64,000 nt of DNA from Eledone cirrhosa (Eukaryota): positions 222,580,001 to 222,644,000 of the forward strand of contig OZ024740.1 of the NCBI GenBank assembly GCA_964016885.1. The letters are read 5' to 3'. The translations under genes and the position numbers were made by a program. This document shows positions 39,716 to 53,700 of this stretch, in pieces (within the stretch, counting starts at the first letter, position 1; each line of letters starts with the position of its first letter). The notes under the pieces are model-generated. The model ran no database searches. It was not told the origin of the DNA and saw only the letters and a list, made by a program, of their open reading frames with translations.

Positions 39716-39844
39716 CCCTTTACGATCTGAGTTCAAATCCCGCCGAGGTTGACTTTGCCTTTCATCCTTACAGGGTCGATAAAATAAAGTACCAGTAATT
39801 AACTGGGTAATTGCTGGCCTTGTGCCTAAAGTAGATACAATTAT
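39716..39844 (+). mobile_element. SINE family B, 5'-truncated
   Basis: Family core present; flanked by ATTATTTCATC on both sides. Confidence 0.82.
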
Positions 39845-39944
39845 TTCATCATATATGCCTGAGAAACGAAATATTGACCTTTGTTAGAACACAATATTTA
39901 AAATTGAAGCAGTTTAGGTTTGCACAAACGTTTGAGTTCTAGTA

Positions 39945-40350
39945 CCTAATCTGTGGTGATCATACACTTGTAGGTCCACAAAGGTAGTACTTGGAGGTCC
40001 ATGAGCCAAGTTGAAAATTTCAAGTCACTGCAATGAAAACGTATAAGTATTCAAGATGTGGCTGATAATGAGGGAGTTAAAAAATTGCAAAATCATTTTC
40101 ACATCATTTGAAGTTACTTGTTCCCAGAAGCTTTATAGAATCTGACCTTCGTTTAAGACTGTCTACCATTCAATTTGTAATTTTGAACATGGCTTGAACA
40201 AAACAGCATCGAGCATCTTACTAAACAAATACGTTTTTATTTAATTTAATACTCCATGTATTTAAGTGCATATTCATTTACATATATCTTTCAAAACGGA
40301 TTTGCTTTCTGCTTTGCAGCTTTTAGGTCAAGTCCGTAAGGTCTATGAAT
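39945..40350 (+). mobile_element. Decayed hAT (Charlie-like) transposon remnant
   Basis: IESDLRLRLSTIQ...KQHRASY* resembles the C-terminus of Charlie/ZBED5-type transposases (E.DLRL.LS.I...Q..SH*). Confidence 0.5.
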
Positions 40351-40927
40351 TTGAATTTTGACTTCTATCCAACAAGTTCTCATATTACTTGCATGTGATA
40401 CCATTCTTTTTAATCAACTGGCATAAGAAATATAAGTTAATAACAAATATAATATTCAATGGAGATTATTGATTTTATTTTGAGTTAAATATGTTGGTTT
40501 TGCTCTTATTTATATTTAGTTCATAATATGAAAATATAATTTACAAATTACTTTTGCCTAAATCCTATAAACATCTCATATTTCCAATATAAACTTAATA
40601 ATTATTATTTTCACAAATAACAACATTAATACAGAGAGATATAAAGAAAATGTGAATATTTATAAATAGATGGCGTCAGAAAGTTATCAATCGTAAGGTG
40701 TTAAAACTTTGCCTCGTGAATAAATCAATGCTGCTATTTCTTTGTGATAACTATAGTTTCCTCAGGAACTAAATAAGTTTTTCTTAATCTAGGAATGTCA
40801 TTTTAACGGTGAACTCTTATTCTTACAGTTCAAATCTCTAAACAATGATGAATTCAATGTTTTGTAATATATATAAATGATTTTGCAAAGGGAATTTTGT
40901 TGCATTTTTATGTCTCATTATTGTACT

Positions 40928-41121
40928 AGGGCAGTGAATTGGCAGTATCGGTAGAGGGTTGGACGCCATGCTTTGCAGCAAAGAGTTACGGCCCTTTATG
41001 GTCTGAGTTCAAATTCCGCCAAGGTTAACTTTGCCTTTCATCCTTACGGGGTCGATAAAATAAAGTACCAGTAATGTATTGGGTGATTGCTGGCCTGGTG
41101 CCAAAAATAGAAACAATTATT
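40928..41121 (+). mobile_element. SINE family B, full-length-like
   Basis: Head, B-box, core and tail present; TTATTGTACTAGGGCAGTGAATTGGCAGT is repeated at both ends. Confidence 0.85.
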
Positions 41122-41229
41122 GTACTAGGGCAGTGAATTGGCAGTTGCGCCCTCCCACATAATGGATGCCACAGTAAATGTGAAGGTCACTGCTTCTGTA
41201 GCTGAATGGAATAAAATGTTAAAATAACA

Positions 41230-41450
41230 GAAACTATCAAATAGTTATTTTTTCCAGCCTGTAGTATTTGAGATGTTTGGTGGTGCTGGGCCGCTGACAG
41301 TGAAGTTCTTGTCATCATTAGTGGCTTGCCTTACTGAGGTGTCAGGTGATGCCCGTGAGAGTGCCTGATTGTTTTAGCACCTTGGTCTTTGCCATCACCT
41401 GCCATAATGCTACGAGCATGTTGGCTTGGCTCGAAAATTTCTGTTGACCC
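41230..41450 (+). mobile_element. Old CRE-clade RLE 3' fragment
   Basis: PVVFEMFGGAGPLTVKFL...SGDARESA*LF*HL...AITCHNATSML parallels the AVET.G..GP...QR.S.A..RGNA.SIL motif. Confidence 0.55.
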
Positions 41451-41834
41451 TTGTGGTATGTAATCAATTGAGTCACTTTATGGTAAATCGATGTTTTTGT
41501 CTCTCACTTTTATCATATATTGTTGTGCATTATATTTATAAGATTCTTAGCAATAATTCATCGTATTTATTATTTGTGCTTATATTTTTATTCTGTAAGA
41601 ATATTAAGTAATGTATATATTATTTGTGTCTATATTTTCATTCTATTAATAATATAAATTATTTATTTTACCTTTACTTCGTTATCATTTTTTAAATTAT
41701 TAAGTACAAATTACTAAGTTGCTGCTAGATAGATGAGTCTTTAAATGCAGAAAATTTGTGACAGTTACAAAGAAAGAAAGTATTCTCATTCTGCTATGTA
41801 TCAGGTCTAGAATTGGAATTGATGAGTTAATATC

Positions 41835-41954
41835 TGTATACAACAACTACAACGGAATGCGATGGGGCCCACCCACAGCCCCGGCAGACAGAATGGAGAA
41901 GGCGTTTCCCCAGAGGACGGCAAGGGAGACATGCTGGAAAAGCCACTCCAACTC
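41835..41954 (-). mobile_element. Short CRE 3'-end fragment, inverted relative to the adjacent copy
   Basis: Diverged reverse complement of ~42803-42922. Confidence 0.85.
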
Positions 41955-41956
41955 TT

Positions 41957-42922
41957 TTGTCGGTAACCTTGTGCTGCGTCCTCATCAGCAGGGTTCTTCA
42001 AAACACAACAGAACCCCCTGTGTTCAGAGAGTGTGAGGCCGCCTGTGAGTCGTGGGACCGGCTGGGAGTAGCCCAGTAGAGGTCCCTCCTCCTTCTCCTC
42101 CTGTTGATGTCAAGTCCCCCCAACACACTTGGGATGCCATCCAGTGCAGCCTGGCCTCAGACAGGCTCACGCGCAAGCTCGACCAGCACCGCCTTGCTTG
42201 TTTTCGTGCGGCTTCCAAAACACACAGTGGTGCCTGGCTCCATGCCCTGCCCTCCTTCTCCACTGGCATGCAGCTATACAACCATAGCCTGTGAATCACC
42301 ATTTCCCTGAGGCTCGGCCTCCAGATCTGCCTCCACACCAATGTCACTGCAGTTCCACCGTGGACTCTTTTGGCCTTCACCTGCTTTCCTGTCGCCACAG
42401 TGCCGGCCGCATTCCACACCATGCTGCCCTCAACGAGGTCATTAAACATGGCTTGGACGCTGCAGGCTTCCCTTCCCAGCTCAAGCCGGTGGTGCTGGAT
42501 CGAGGAGACAGCAAAAGGCCAGATGGCATAACCATCTTCCCATCCCACGGTGGCAAACCCCTCGTCTGGGATGCCACTTGCACGACACTTTCTGCAGCCA
42601 CAACCTGGTACAGTCTGCGACTGACCCAGGTTCTGCTGCATGTTGGGCTGACGGGAACAAACTCCTCAAATACCGGTCGCTCTCCGACAGGTTTGCGGTT
42701 GTACCCCTGGCAGTCAAGACTTCTTGTGCCCTCGGCCCCAGGGCTACCTCCTTACTCACCACCATAGGCGCTGAGTTGGCCAGCCGCAGGTGTGAGCCCT
42801 GCGAGTTTGAGTGGCTTTTCCAGCGCGTCTCCTTTGCCGTCCACCGGGGAAACGCCTTCTCCATTCTGTCCGCCGTAACTGTGGGTGGGCCCCATCGCGT
42901 ACCGTTGTAGTTGTTGTATACA
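41957..42922 (+). mobile_element. 5'-truncated CRE-clade retrotransposon (zinc knuckle + RLE)
   Basis: SGAWLHALP; CHCSSTVDSFGLHLLSC..AGRIPHH; KRPDGITIFP..GKPLVWDATC; FQRVSFAVHRGNAFSIL. Confidence 0.9.
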
Positions 42923-43597
42923 AATAATATAAATTATGTATATATTCCCATAATGTTTTAATAAAAACAAATAGCCAGTTCAGGCTAGGATACTGGAGTG
43001 AAAATTTGGTGATATTTGTTCTGGTATGTTACATTTAGAGTTCAAATCTGACCTAGGTTAAATTTACTTTTCATCTTTTCTTTAAGGTAACAACAGATAG
43101 ATAGATAACACTATGCATTTTGAGTTCAAATCCTGCTGAGGTCAATTTTGTCTTTTATCTTTTCCTTATGATGTAGGATAAGATAATAATTGTTCATTCT
43201 GGATCTCTCTGTTCTGAAATTAAACTCTGTTGAGTCAACTTTGTCCTTCATCCCTTTTGTTAAAGTTTTGGCTAGACAACTTAGTAGTATTTATTTTGGT
43301 TCCCTGTGATTTGGCGTCAAATACCATCAAAGTCAACTTTGCTTCTCTTACATTCAGAGGTTGATAAATAAAATACCAGTACAATACTAGGGTTAATTCT
43401 TCTCCTTTCTTTCTTTCTAATTATATCTCTCACTGTCTGCATAGAAGAAATCAGTAGTGGCCAACTCTGGAGAGGGATGTGATTTTTTAGGTTTTAAAAT
43501 GAATGATAAACTTATGTTTATGTATAATAAACATCTCACATATTACTGAGACTTCTGTGGTATAATTCCAGCTTAAAACAATCTTAGCAAGACAGTC

Positions 43598-43857
43598 ATG
43601 GGTAATTGATGGCCTTGTGCCAAAAGTAGAAACAATTATTCGATGGATTGGCAGTATCGGTAGAGCGTCGGACACTCTGCTTTGTAGCATAGAGTTACAT
43701 ACCTTTACGTCCTGAGTTAAATTCTGCTGAGGTTAGCTTTGCCCTTCATCCTTAGGGCGTTGATAAAATAAGGTACCAGTAGTGCACTGGTGTCGATTTA
43801 ATCAACATTCCCCTCCTGCAAAATTGTTGGCCCTGAGCCTAAATTAGTAACAATTAT
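43598..43857 (+). mobile_element. SINE family B (tail fragment followed by a longer copy)
   Basis: Family head, core and tail sequences; more decayed copies lie at ~43000-43390. Confidence 0.75.
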
Positions 43858-44317
43858 TCATAAACACATCGTATATGCTTCCATATACACCTCCGTTATG
43901 AACCACACTATGTCCGTGCTACAGTTAATTAATCCTAGCCAGTCAAGTTCACACTATATGCAAATGAACATTTCCAGCTGCTGTTTCATATGCCAGAACT
44001 ATATAGGCTTTAGCCTCATGATCATCATCATCACCATCACCATCATTTAACGTCCATTTTTCATGCTAGCATGGGTTAGGCAGCTCATCTCAGTACTAAA
44101 TAAGAAAATGTCATCGTTGAAGAATACAAATCCAGAAACAGCTCTCTGGTATTCTCACCAACTACTGAGATAGCTTGTGATATAATCACATCTTACAACA
44201 TTCATAGTGAGACTCTACTATATTTATTGCACATAAATATTTCCTATATGCATTCATATACACTGCTTTAATAAAGCATGCTATGCTAGTGCTATTGCTA
44301 ATTAATCCTAACCAGTC

Positions 44318-44400
<83 letters not shown>

Positions 44401-44644
44401 TATATTGGTAAAAGGAAAAGAAAATGCTGATAAATTGTTCCCAGTGAAAAATAGTTTAATTAGGAATAAGTGAGAATTAGTAATAGTATTGGTTAGTATT
44501 CAGTTTTGGTTTTAAGTTTTACCGGTTGCGCATTTTTAATGCTTTTCAAAAATAATTTTGAGATAGAGTGCCCGTGGTGTTTGCTCTCTCTCTATATATA
44601 TACATATACACATGACTGGTTACCTCCGATTCAACCCGGAATAA

Positions 44645-44685
<41 letters not shown>

Positions 44686-44687
<2 letters not shown>

Positions 44688-44993
44688 TCATTTCATCATC
44701 ATTTCATTTAACGTCTACTTTTCCCTGCTTGCAAGGGTGGGACGGGAACTGATTCTGGCTTGATTTCTACAGCTGGATGCCCTTCCTAACACCAACCTCA
44801 TTTACAGTGAGGGCTGGGTGCTTTTTTGCCGAAGCACCTCCACGACCACTTTGCAGTGGAATGATATGGACCCTAGTCCCTATCCTCTCATTTCTACAGC
44901 TGAGTAAACTGGAGCAATGTGAAATAAAGTGTCTTGAACTCACAACCTTTCGATTGCAAGGCCAATGCTGTAACCACTAAGCCATGTACCTCC
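44686..44993 (-). mobile_element. tRNA-head SINE with RTE-derived tail (second copy)
   Basis: Collinear with 27752-28139, apart from internal deletions and a different tail. Confidence 0.8.
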
Positions 44994-44994
44994 A

Positions 44995-45055
<61 letters not shown>

Positions 45056-45249
45056 ACACATACACATCTATACAAATATATATGTACATATTTACACATA
45101 TTTATAACTTCACTCAATCTATTGAAGTCATATCCAATACTTTAAGTTCAAAATGAATAGTTGTAAAAGGAATAGATATATATAATGATAATAATAATAA
45201 TGAAAATATTGTGTACATATGTATATATATGTATATATATATATGTATG

Positions 45250-45280
<31 letters not shown>

Positions 45281-45293
45281 GTATATATATATG

Positions 45294-45324
<31 letters not shown>

Positions 45325-45952
45325 GTATGTATGTATATATATATATATACATATATATGTATGTGTATATATGTATATATGTATATATATATATATGTGT
45401 GTGTGTATTAAAATCTATCAACTTTGCACATGTTCTGATATTTACATGAAAAAAAAATGGATTTTTACTCAATATGGTGTACACCAAGTTTTATAAGACC
45501 AATCTAAATATAAATATATATGATAAAAAAAAAGGAAATAATATTGACATAACTGTTGTCAGTGAGAAAATGAATTCTTTCAACCCTCGATCAATAACAT
45601 ATGATTTGTTAACATGCATTATAATAGGAAGCTATGCAGTTGAATTTACACATATCAAAACACACATCTAAGTCTATGTACTCAGAGAAGCATGACTTCT
45701 ACATTAAATAACAAGGATGATTCAGCAAACTAAACAAATGTTAGACATGGCAGATACCTTACAAATTGGAAAAATCTCAAACTTTTGTCACATATTTATT
45801 TCTTTTCCTTTGCAGATGCAGGCATGGCTGTGTGGTTAAGAAGGTTTTTGTTCACAACCTTGGTCAAATATCTTCTACTATAGCCTCACGATAACAAATA
45901 CAGTTGTCAGTGAAATGTTTTAGATGGAAAAGGTGCAGAAACCAATAATATA

Positions 45953-46153
45953 TACGAGGGTAGGCTATAAAGTTCATATGTTGACTATGAAGGAGTGATG
46001 CTAGAGCTGTGAAATCTTGCATGCATTAATTTTATCTCTTCTTATTGTGTCTGTATTATTTCTTTTCAGGGTATATGTTGAAAAATAAACCTTATTTGGT
46101 CGATCCATAAGAGAATCTTGGACAGCCTATAAACTTTTCAGCTGTCCCTTGTA
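45953..46153. mobile_element. Mariner-type MITE (copy 2), between two similarly deleted SINE-like copies
   Basis: TA-CGAGGG...CCCTTG-TA; the interior matches 14590-14791. Confidence 0.82.
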
Positions 46154-48174
46154 GGTGCAGGTATGGCTGTGTGGTTAAAGAATTTGCTTCACAACCTTGG
46201 ACAAGTGTTTTCTACTATAGCCTCATGAATGAAATGTTGTAGATGGGAAATGTACAGCAACTAATCTTATATATACCCATGCTAGCGTGGAAGAATAGAT
46301 GTATGATGATGATGATATGTATACATGTGTGTGCATGCATGAGGCTGCATGTTTGTTTATGTCTTAGAACATAGTAATTCAACAAAAAGGGATCAATAAA
46401 ATAAGTACTCAACTTGAAAAAATGTTTATTTGGGTCAATGTGATCTACTAAAACTTTTAAGGCAAAGGCCCAGGATGGCTGCAAACTAATGACTAGCATA
46501 TGTATACATATTTTACTGTTTCCATCAGTCACATGAATTTGATAGTTGATACAGATAATGCAAAATAGGATTTAAATTTTATGTTGTTGTTGTTTATTCC
46601 CAGGCCAGGAATGATTGAGGTGAGTTATGATTAAATATATTCCAGCCATGAGGGCTGTTTGTATGCTGTGCTGGTGAAAACCTATTCACTAATAGCTACT
46701 CTCTTTCCCATGCCTCCCTCCACACTTGTGCCCTCTCCACTACCACTACTTAGATATTCCAATAATCACTAAACTCCCCTCCAAAAGATCCTGATACCAT
46801 GGTGAATGCCCCTCTCACATCCACCTCTATACCCTCATAGCCCTATGCTATCAAAGGTCAGAACTTCCCTGTCAAATCTCACCCCACCTACCATAAATCC
46901 ATAAATTTATACTTATCTTCCTTCTCTTCTTACTTCTCAGAGCAGAAAGAGTTCTTAAGTTGAGGCAATAAGCAACAATGTGTTGGTGCCACAGAAATGC
47001 ACCTGGCACACTCTGTAAGCTCCTAAGTGATAGGAAAATCACTCCACTGTAGAAATCATTCCAAAAGGGTACAGAGAACCCTTTGGTTATGTCAACAGCA
47101 TGAGAACTGCTCTAGTGTTGGTGATCTGCCTAATAAATGCATGTAGTTCCTGATGCAAGTGTGTGGTGATAGGAATGGCATCCATCTTGTTAAACAAAGG
47201 ATTGGGAAGACCTTTCAGTTGTTCAAGGGCATGACAACTTCTATAGTGTTGGTGATCTACACAATACATGCACACAGTACATGCTCTAACAGTTTAGTGA
47301 TAGGAATGGCATCCAGCTGTAAAAAGCTGTCAAACAAAGTGTCAGGAGGACCTTTAATTTGTGTCAGAGACATGACAACATCTCTTGTGATGATGCCACA
47401 TTAAAATGTACTTGGTAATGCATGGGACTGTATGAAAGCACAATGAGGAGACCCACCCTGTCTGGTGGGTGAGTAACCCCACTTCAAAACTGACCTGGTC
47501 TGTGAAGACTTCTTCAACCTTTGCAGCAGGGAAAGCAGATGTTAAATGAGGAGGAGGATAATAATGTCTGTGTGTATATGTGAGTGAGTGGGTATATGTG
47601 AGTGTGTGTGTATGAGTGTGTGTGTGTGTTTATATGTGTGAGTGTATGTATGTATGTGTGTGAACATAAATATCAACCTCATACATACCTTCATATTAAA
47701 GAGGATCAAAAGATATATTACACATACTCATATAAGTATGAACCTTTTAATGAATTTTAATGAAGAAGTCAATGGATATAAATTACAATATTTCCAAATA
47801 TTTTCAAATATTTCCAAATTACAAATATAACCTAGTCATAGTTCTACACAATTTAGCAGAATTTTCTTTTTTTTGTTGTTGTTATTGGTTTTTTTTGGTA
47901 GTAAATAAAACGTCTTAAATATATTTATATAATTATTATAGATAAAAACTAGTTACATTTAAATTTTCCGCAAGGTAATAAAGAAACTAAAAGGAAATGA
48001 GAGAAATTTACTAATTAGTTTGTATACAAAACACTGTGATAATATATATAAAGCAAAACAGGAAAATAACATATAAGATATAACATATGAAAGTAAGGTT
48101 AATGATGTTTAATAACATGAATATTTCAAAGAGAATCAAGACAGATATACACTGAAATATATATATATATATGC

Positions 48175-48222
<48 letters not shown>

Positions 48223-48258
48223 TAAAATTATTATATATAATTATTATATGCATATATA

Positions 48259-48291
<33 letters not shown>

Positions 48292-49211
48292 GCATATAAT
48301 AATTATATAATAATAATAATAATAATAATATATATATATATGAATACATACATATTCACACCTAGACACAAACACGCATGCACAAACACACACATGTATA
48401 ATGTATATGTTCAGTTGATTTGTTGTGTTTCATGTTAATATTTAAAAACCTATTGGTTGCTAATAATTGTAGTTATTGATTGGAGTAAAATTATTAATGA
48501 AGTATAATCGCACCATAATTCATACTTTCCACATGATCACATACACATTTACTAGATTTTGATATTTCCTGAAAAATATAAAAAAATACATTATATGTTT
48601 GTGTATGCATGTGTGTCTGTGTGCATGTTAGGTGGTTGAATTGTTAGAGTTGTTAGTGTTTTGGATATTTCTTCCAAGTCTTTGTATTCACAGTTCAAAT
48701 CATTTCCAAATGCTGGTGTCACTCTCTCTCCTTCTCCTTCTTGCTGGTGCTTCCTAGATGTTCTGATGGACATGTGAGGTACATGGAGGATGACTGCTGG
48801 GTAAAGAAGTGTCAAGAAATCCCAGTAGAAGGAAGACACGGTAGAGGAAGACCACGCAAAACATGGTTGGAGGTGGTGAGAGCTGATCTCAGATTGCTGA
48901 AGCTCACAGAGGAGATGACGAAGGACCGTGATGAATGGTGAGATGCTGTGCTGAATAGGACCCATCTCACCCTTGCAAGCAGGGAAAAGCAGGGGTATGA
49001 TGATGATGATGATATATATATATATAAATGACTTCTACAAGACGAGAACTGTTTCATTCATATGTAATCACCCGGAAAGTCCTGTATGCACATCACCTAA
49101 TTCTAATAGTTGAAGCCAATGTAACTATAGAAAACTTCCAGATCTTGAAGGAAAATGCCTCAAAATCACCTTAGTATGGGTAGATGATAAAGTCCTGATT
49201 CTCTCAAAATA

Positions 49212-49392
49212 ATAATTGTTTCTACTTTTGGCACAAGGCTAGCAATTACCCAGTACATTACTGGTACTTTATTTTATCGACCCCGTAAGGATGAAAGGCA
49301 AAGTTAACCTCGACGGGATTTGAACTCAGACCGTAAAGAGATGTAACAATGCTAGAAAGTATGACGTCCAACCCTCCACTGATACTGCCACT
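49212..49392 (-). mobile_element. SINE family B
   Basis: Reverse complement of the family sequence seen at 40928-41121. Confidence 0.82.
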
Positions 49393-49484
49393 TTGCCAGC
49401 TAAGAAAGAATGTAGGCTATATATGTGGCACATGCACATGAGCTGTGAGCAGCAAATGCATACATAAAACAGTCAATAGTAAAT

Positions 49485-50030
49485 GCACTATCAGATGTCT
49501 AGTTGACTTAAATAGCAATAGAGATGGATGTTTTGCAATTAAAATAGCTAAAGTGAGAACTGGATGGAAAGAGTTCCGTGAGAAATTTCCTCTGTGACTG
49601 ACTACAAAGGATTTTGTCTTTGGATAAATGGCAGATTGTATACTTCCTGTGTGAGGACACTGATGCTGCAAGAAAGTACAATTTGGGTCATGAATGCAGA
49701 GAACTTGTGGAAATTAGAACGAAATGAGATGAGCATGCTATAATAGATGTGCAGAAAAGACAAAGCAACAACAAACTGTGAGAAAAGCTGCATATAAGAG
49801 CACATTGATGCAGTGTACATGAGAGAAGACTGGGCTGGTGTGGATATGTGATGTGTATAAAGGAGGACAGCTGCATAAACATCTGAAGAAGGAAACTGTT
49901 TAAGAGAACCTAGGAGAACTTGGCATGATGTTATAAAATCTAACCTCACAAAACTGAATCTCATGATGGACATGACAGAAGAACGAGTCACTGGCAATAT
50001 GTCATGCTAGAGAAAACTCGCCTTGCCACA
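49485..50030 (+). mobile_element. Decayed RTE 3' fragment
   Basis: IAKVRTGWKEFRE..., KLERNEMSML and EPRRTWHDVI, with many stops. Confidence 0.7.
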
Positions 50031-50989
50031 CAATTGGGATGAAATGAAAGTAGAAAGGTGTAACAAAATTCTTAGGTCCCTATAACAATATGCCCGTTTA
50101 CAGCCATCTCACCCATCTATCTAACCCTCACTTTGTCATCTTCTTCCTCACATGGGTACATCCCACAATGTACTGCCAGACATCTTCACTCTTTAAGGCC
50201 ACCTCTCTTTCTCATACCCTCTCAGTAAGGAACATCTAGTTTGCTTCCTGGTCTCACCATCTTCCCATTAATATTTTCTCAGCCTGATAAAGTATAACAC
50301 AGGTGGCCTAGTGTTAAAAAGAGTGTAATACTATTGCCATAATAAAATGCATCCAGCCCAGTCTTGCCACAACAAAAAGCACTCAGTATACCTTTGTGTA
50401 TATGTATGGTATGCCTGTGTCAATATTTGCAATTGTTTCTGTATCTGTGTTAATGTCCTATCAATTAGTCGCTCTATAAAAAAAAAAAACTATGAAAAAA
50501 TAAGTACCAGGCTTCAAAAAAATAAGTAACTCGGTCCATATGAGTGACTAAATTCTTTTATGGTTGTGCTCCAGGACAGCCACAATCTAATGACTGAAAT
50601 CAGTTAAAGAATATGTCCGAAGGTATTATATTTTTATAAAAGCAAACTTCTATGTTTCAAAATGGCAGCAGAATAAGAGTCACATGATATGAAACTAGAA
50701 ATAACTAATAAAAGCAAAGTTCAAACTGTCACTAAAAACAATGTCTTTATCATGGATATTTTCTAATTTCTAATCAATAATCAAAGAAAAAATATATATC
50801 AATGCTCGTTCAATTTATAAACAGCAACAATATTTGTACCTTGAAGCTGGGAAAACGAGCTGTTGATCAGTATGTTCAAAAACATTACAAAACAACAATA
50901 TGTGTGTGTGTCGGGGGGGGGGGGGGTGCGTGTGTATATATAGAAACATAAATATGCTAACTATACATAATGAATCATATACACAAACA

Positions 50990-51138
50990 TATATATATAA
51001 ATACGCCCACACGAACACCCACACACACATATGTATGCCTATATATATATAATATATATATACATGTGTATATATATATATTATATTATATATATATATA
51101 TAATATTATATATATATTATATTATATATATATTATAT

Positions 51139-51169
<31 letters not shown>

Positions 51170-51206
51170 ATATATATATATAATATTATATATATATATA
51201 TATGTA

Positions 51207-51263
<57 letters not shown>

Positions 51264-51474
51264 ATATATATATATGACAATATATTTTTGCATACAGGTA
51301 TATTTTTTACCTGATGAAAATTTAAATGTATATATATATGTATGTGTGTGTGTATATATATATATACATATATATATATGTATGTATGTGTATATATATA
51401 TGTATGTGTGTGTATATATATCATCATTATCATCATGATCATTATCGTTTTACGTCCCTTCTTCCATGATAGCA

Positions 51475-51521
<47 letters not shown>
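50990..51521. repeat. Compound (TA)n/(TG)n microsatellite field
   Basis: Read directly; similar fields at 44320-44405, 45215-45405 and 48157-48342. Confidence 0.95.
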
Positions 51522-51522
<1 letters not shown>

Positions 51523-52547
51523 TGAAGAATGTTATTAACTTACAGGGAAACTAATAAGTTATCAACACAAGGCTCAGAAAGAAAAACATGTATTGATTTT
51601 CAACTTGTACATGGATATTGTTAATTACAAAATCATTTTTTCTTAAATTTTTATTTTTATACTATTATTATTATTTTTTATTTCATTTTTATTTATTATT
51701 ATCATTATTTTTTTTTGCAACTTGTTTCCTTCCTGGAATTAATTGAAATGTCTTTGAAATTTGATAGAAACTGATTATAGCTTTGTTCCTGATTAAAGCA
51801 AGAAATTAGAATGGAAATTGCACCAGCATGTTTTGTTTTCTCCTATTTAGTCTATTGGCAGCAAAAATGTACGTTAAAATAAATGTTTATTTTCTTTTAA
51901 AAAAAAAAAAATTTCCAAATTTTTTTTACATATATACAATACAATTCTTAAAACTAAAATAAAGTTAGCTCATCATGTTGATTACATGAAAGTTTTAAAA
52001 TAAGATTAAATTTCTGCTGGAGAAAAAACATAAACATTTCTTTATTTCATCATTATATAGAGCGCATTAGAAATATATGTATTTAAACGCCATTGTTAAC
52101 TGGTTGAATTAGTGTGTTTCACAACCACGTAGTCTTAGGTTCTATCTAATGGCTTGTCACTTTAGGAAAATGTCTTCTACTATAATATTAAGTTGACCAT
52201 TGACTTAGAATGAGATTGAGTAGACATAACACTGGTGTATCTATGTATGCATGTATGTATAAATAAATATATATATATATATATATATAGATAAATATAT
52301 ATATATATATATATATATTAATGTGTGTGTGTGTGAGTGTATGAATGCATATGTATTTATGTATTGTAATGACAATGGTTTTCCTACACTCTACTCTCTT
52401 AAGTATCAAGTACTTAGCTGAATAATAATCTTACTGATCTAAACTGGTAATTCCCAATCTATATATCCACACAAATTATATTTGTTATTATGATGCATAA
52501 GCTAATGGTTAAACAAAATCAAAACTTAAAAAATCTATATTTTGATG

Positions 52548-53700
52548 CTAAACTCCACCAGTTGTAGACTCTTCATCAACACGATATATTTTCCCCCACA
52601 ATGTTTGATCACCAACAGCAGAGTTTAAAGAACAAAGGTCAAGTCCAGTCCATAAGTTGACATTATCAAGCCATCGTTTTGGCTGCCAGCCTCTGCTTTT
52701 CTTACCAGTCAACCTTCCTTCCAGACATAGCCTACTCACACCACAAGTTGATCTTTTTATATGACTGTATAGTTTGAGTTCTCTTGACTTGACAATTGAT
52801 GTAATTGGTCTAAGTCTGGTAATGTTGAGCAGCTCACTGATACAGATACGGTTGCTGAGCCTCTTGCCTGCCATAAGTGTCATTATGTGGTTCTGGAATG
52901 TAAAGAGCTTCTGAAGTGACCTTGTCATCCACTTAACACAGTCAAGACCATATAACACAACTGGTAGGATGTAAGTATCAAAGATCTTAGCCTTCAAATG
53001 ATAGGAAACTCGTTTTGATGTTAGTACTTCCTTGTTCTTGTTGAAAGCTGCCCAACCTAGTACGATGCGATACTGCACAGCAACCATTCCATTGTTGTTT
53101 GATGATAGTTTGTGATTGAGATATACAAACTCCGTAACTTGAGTAATTTGCTGGTTTTAGATTGTGAGTTGGAGATTGGCATTGTTTTTATCAGTTGTCA
53201 TACACTTTGTTTTGGAGATGTTGATGTGTAAGCCAGTCTCCAGCAAATGTTTGCCCAGTACATTCAGAAAGTCTTGCAGATCAGTTCTAAAGTAAATCAT
53301 GATGGCCAGATAATCTACATAGCTAATATTTGATAGGATTTTACCTCCTATTTGATAGCCAGAGGAGCATTCTTCTTCAGTCTGGTAGATAAGTGCAGTT
53401 ATAACTATACAGAAAAGAAGTGCTGATAGTACATCCCCCTGCTTAATAACCTTCAAGATGTCTATACATCATGTAGTTCCCAAATCTGTTTTGATATATG
53501 CTGTTGAGTTGGTGTATGTTTTTTTTCAGTACGTTGATTTATTCTTTGTTAATTGAGGTCTTGTTTAAAAGTTGTCACAAGCTGGGTAGTTTCACGTTGT
53601 CAAAAGCTTTTGTGAAGTCAATGAAGGTGATGTGGACAGGATTGTTGAATTCTATTGATTTCTCAATGATTTGTTCAATAGCTAGGATCTACTCTTTCAG
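52548..53700 (-). mobile_element. RTE/BovB-like LINE RT and C-terminal fragment (distinct family), decayed
   Basis: FIDFTKAFDNV, IKQGDVLSALLF, degenerate YADD (SYVDY), GLHINISKTKCM, ILPVVLYG, GKKSRGWQPKRWLD. Confidence 0.88.
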
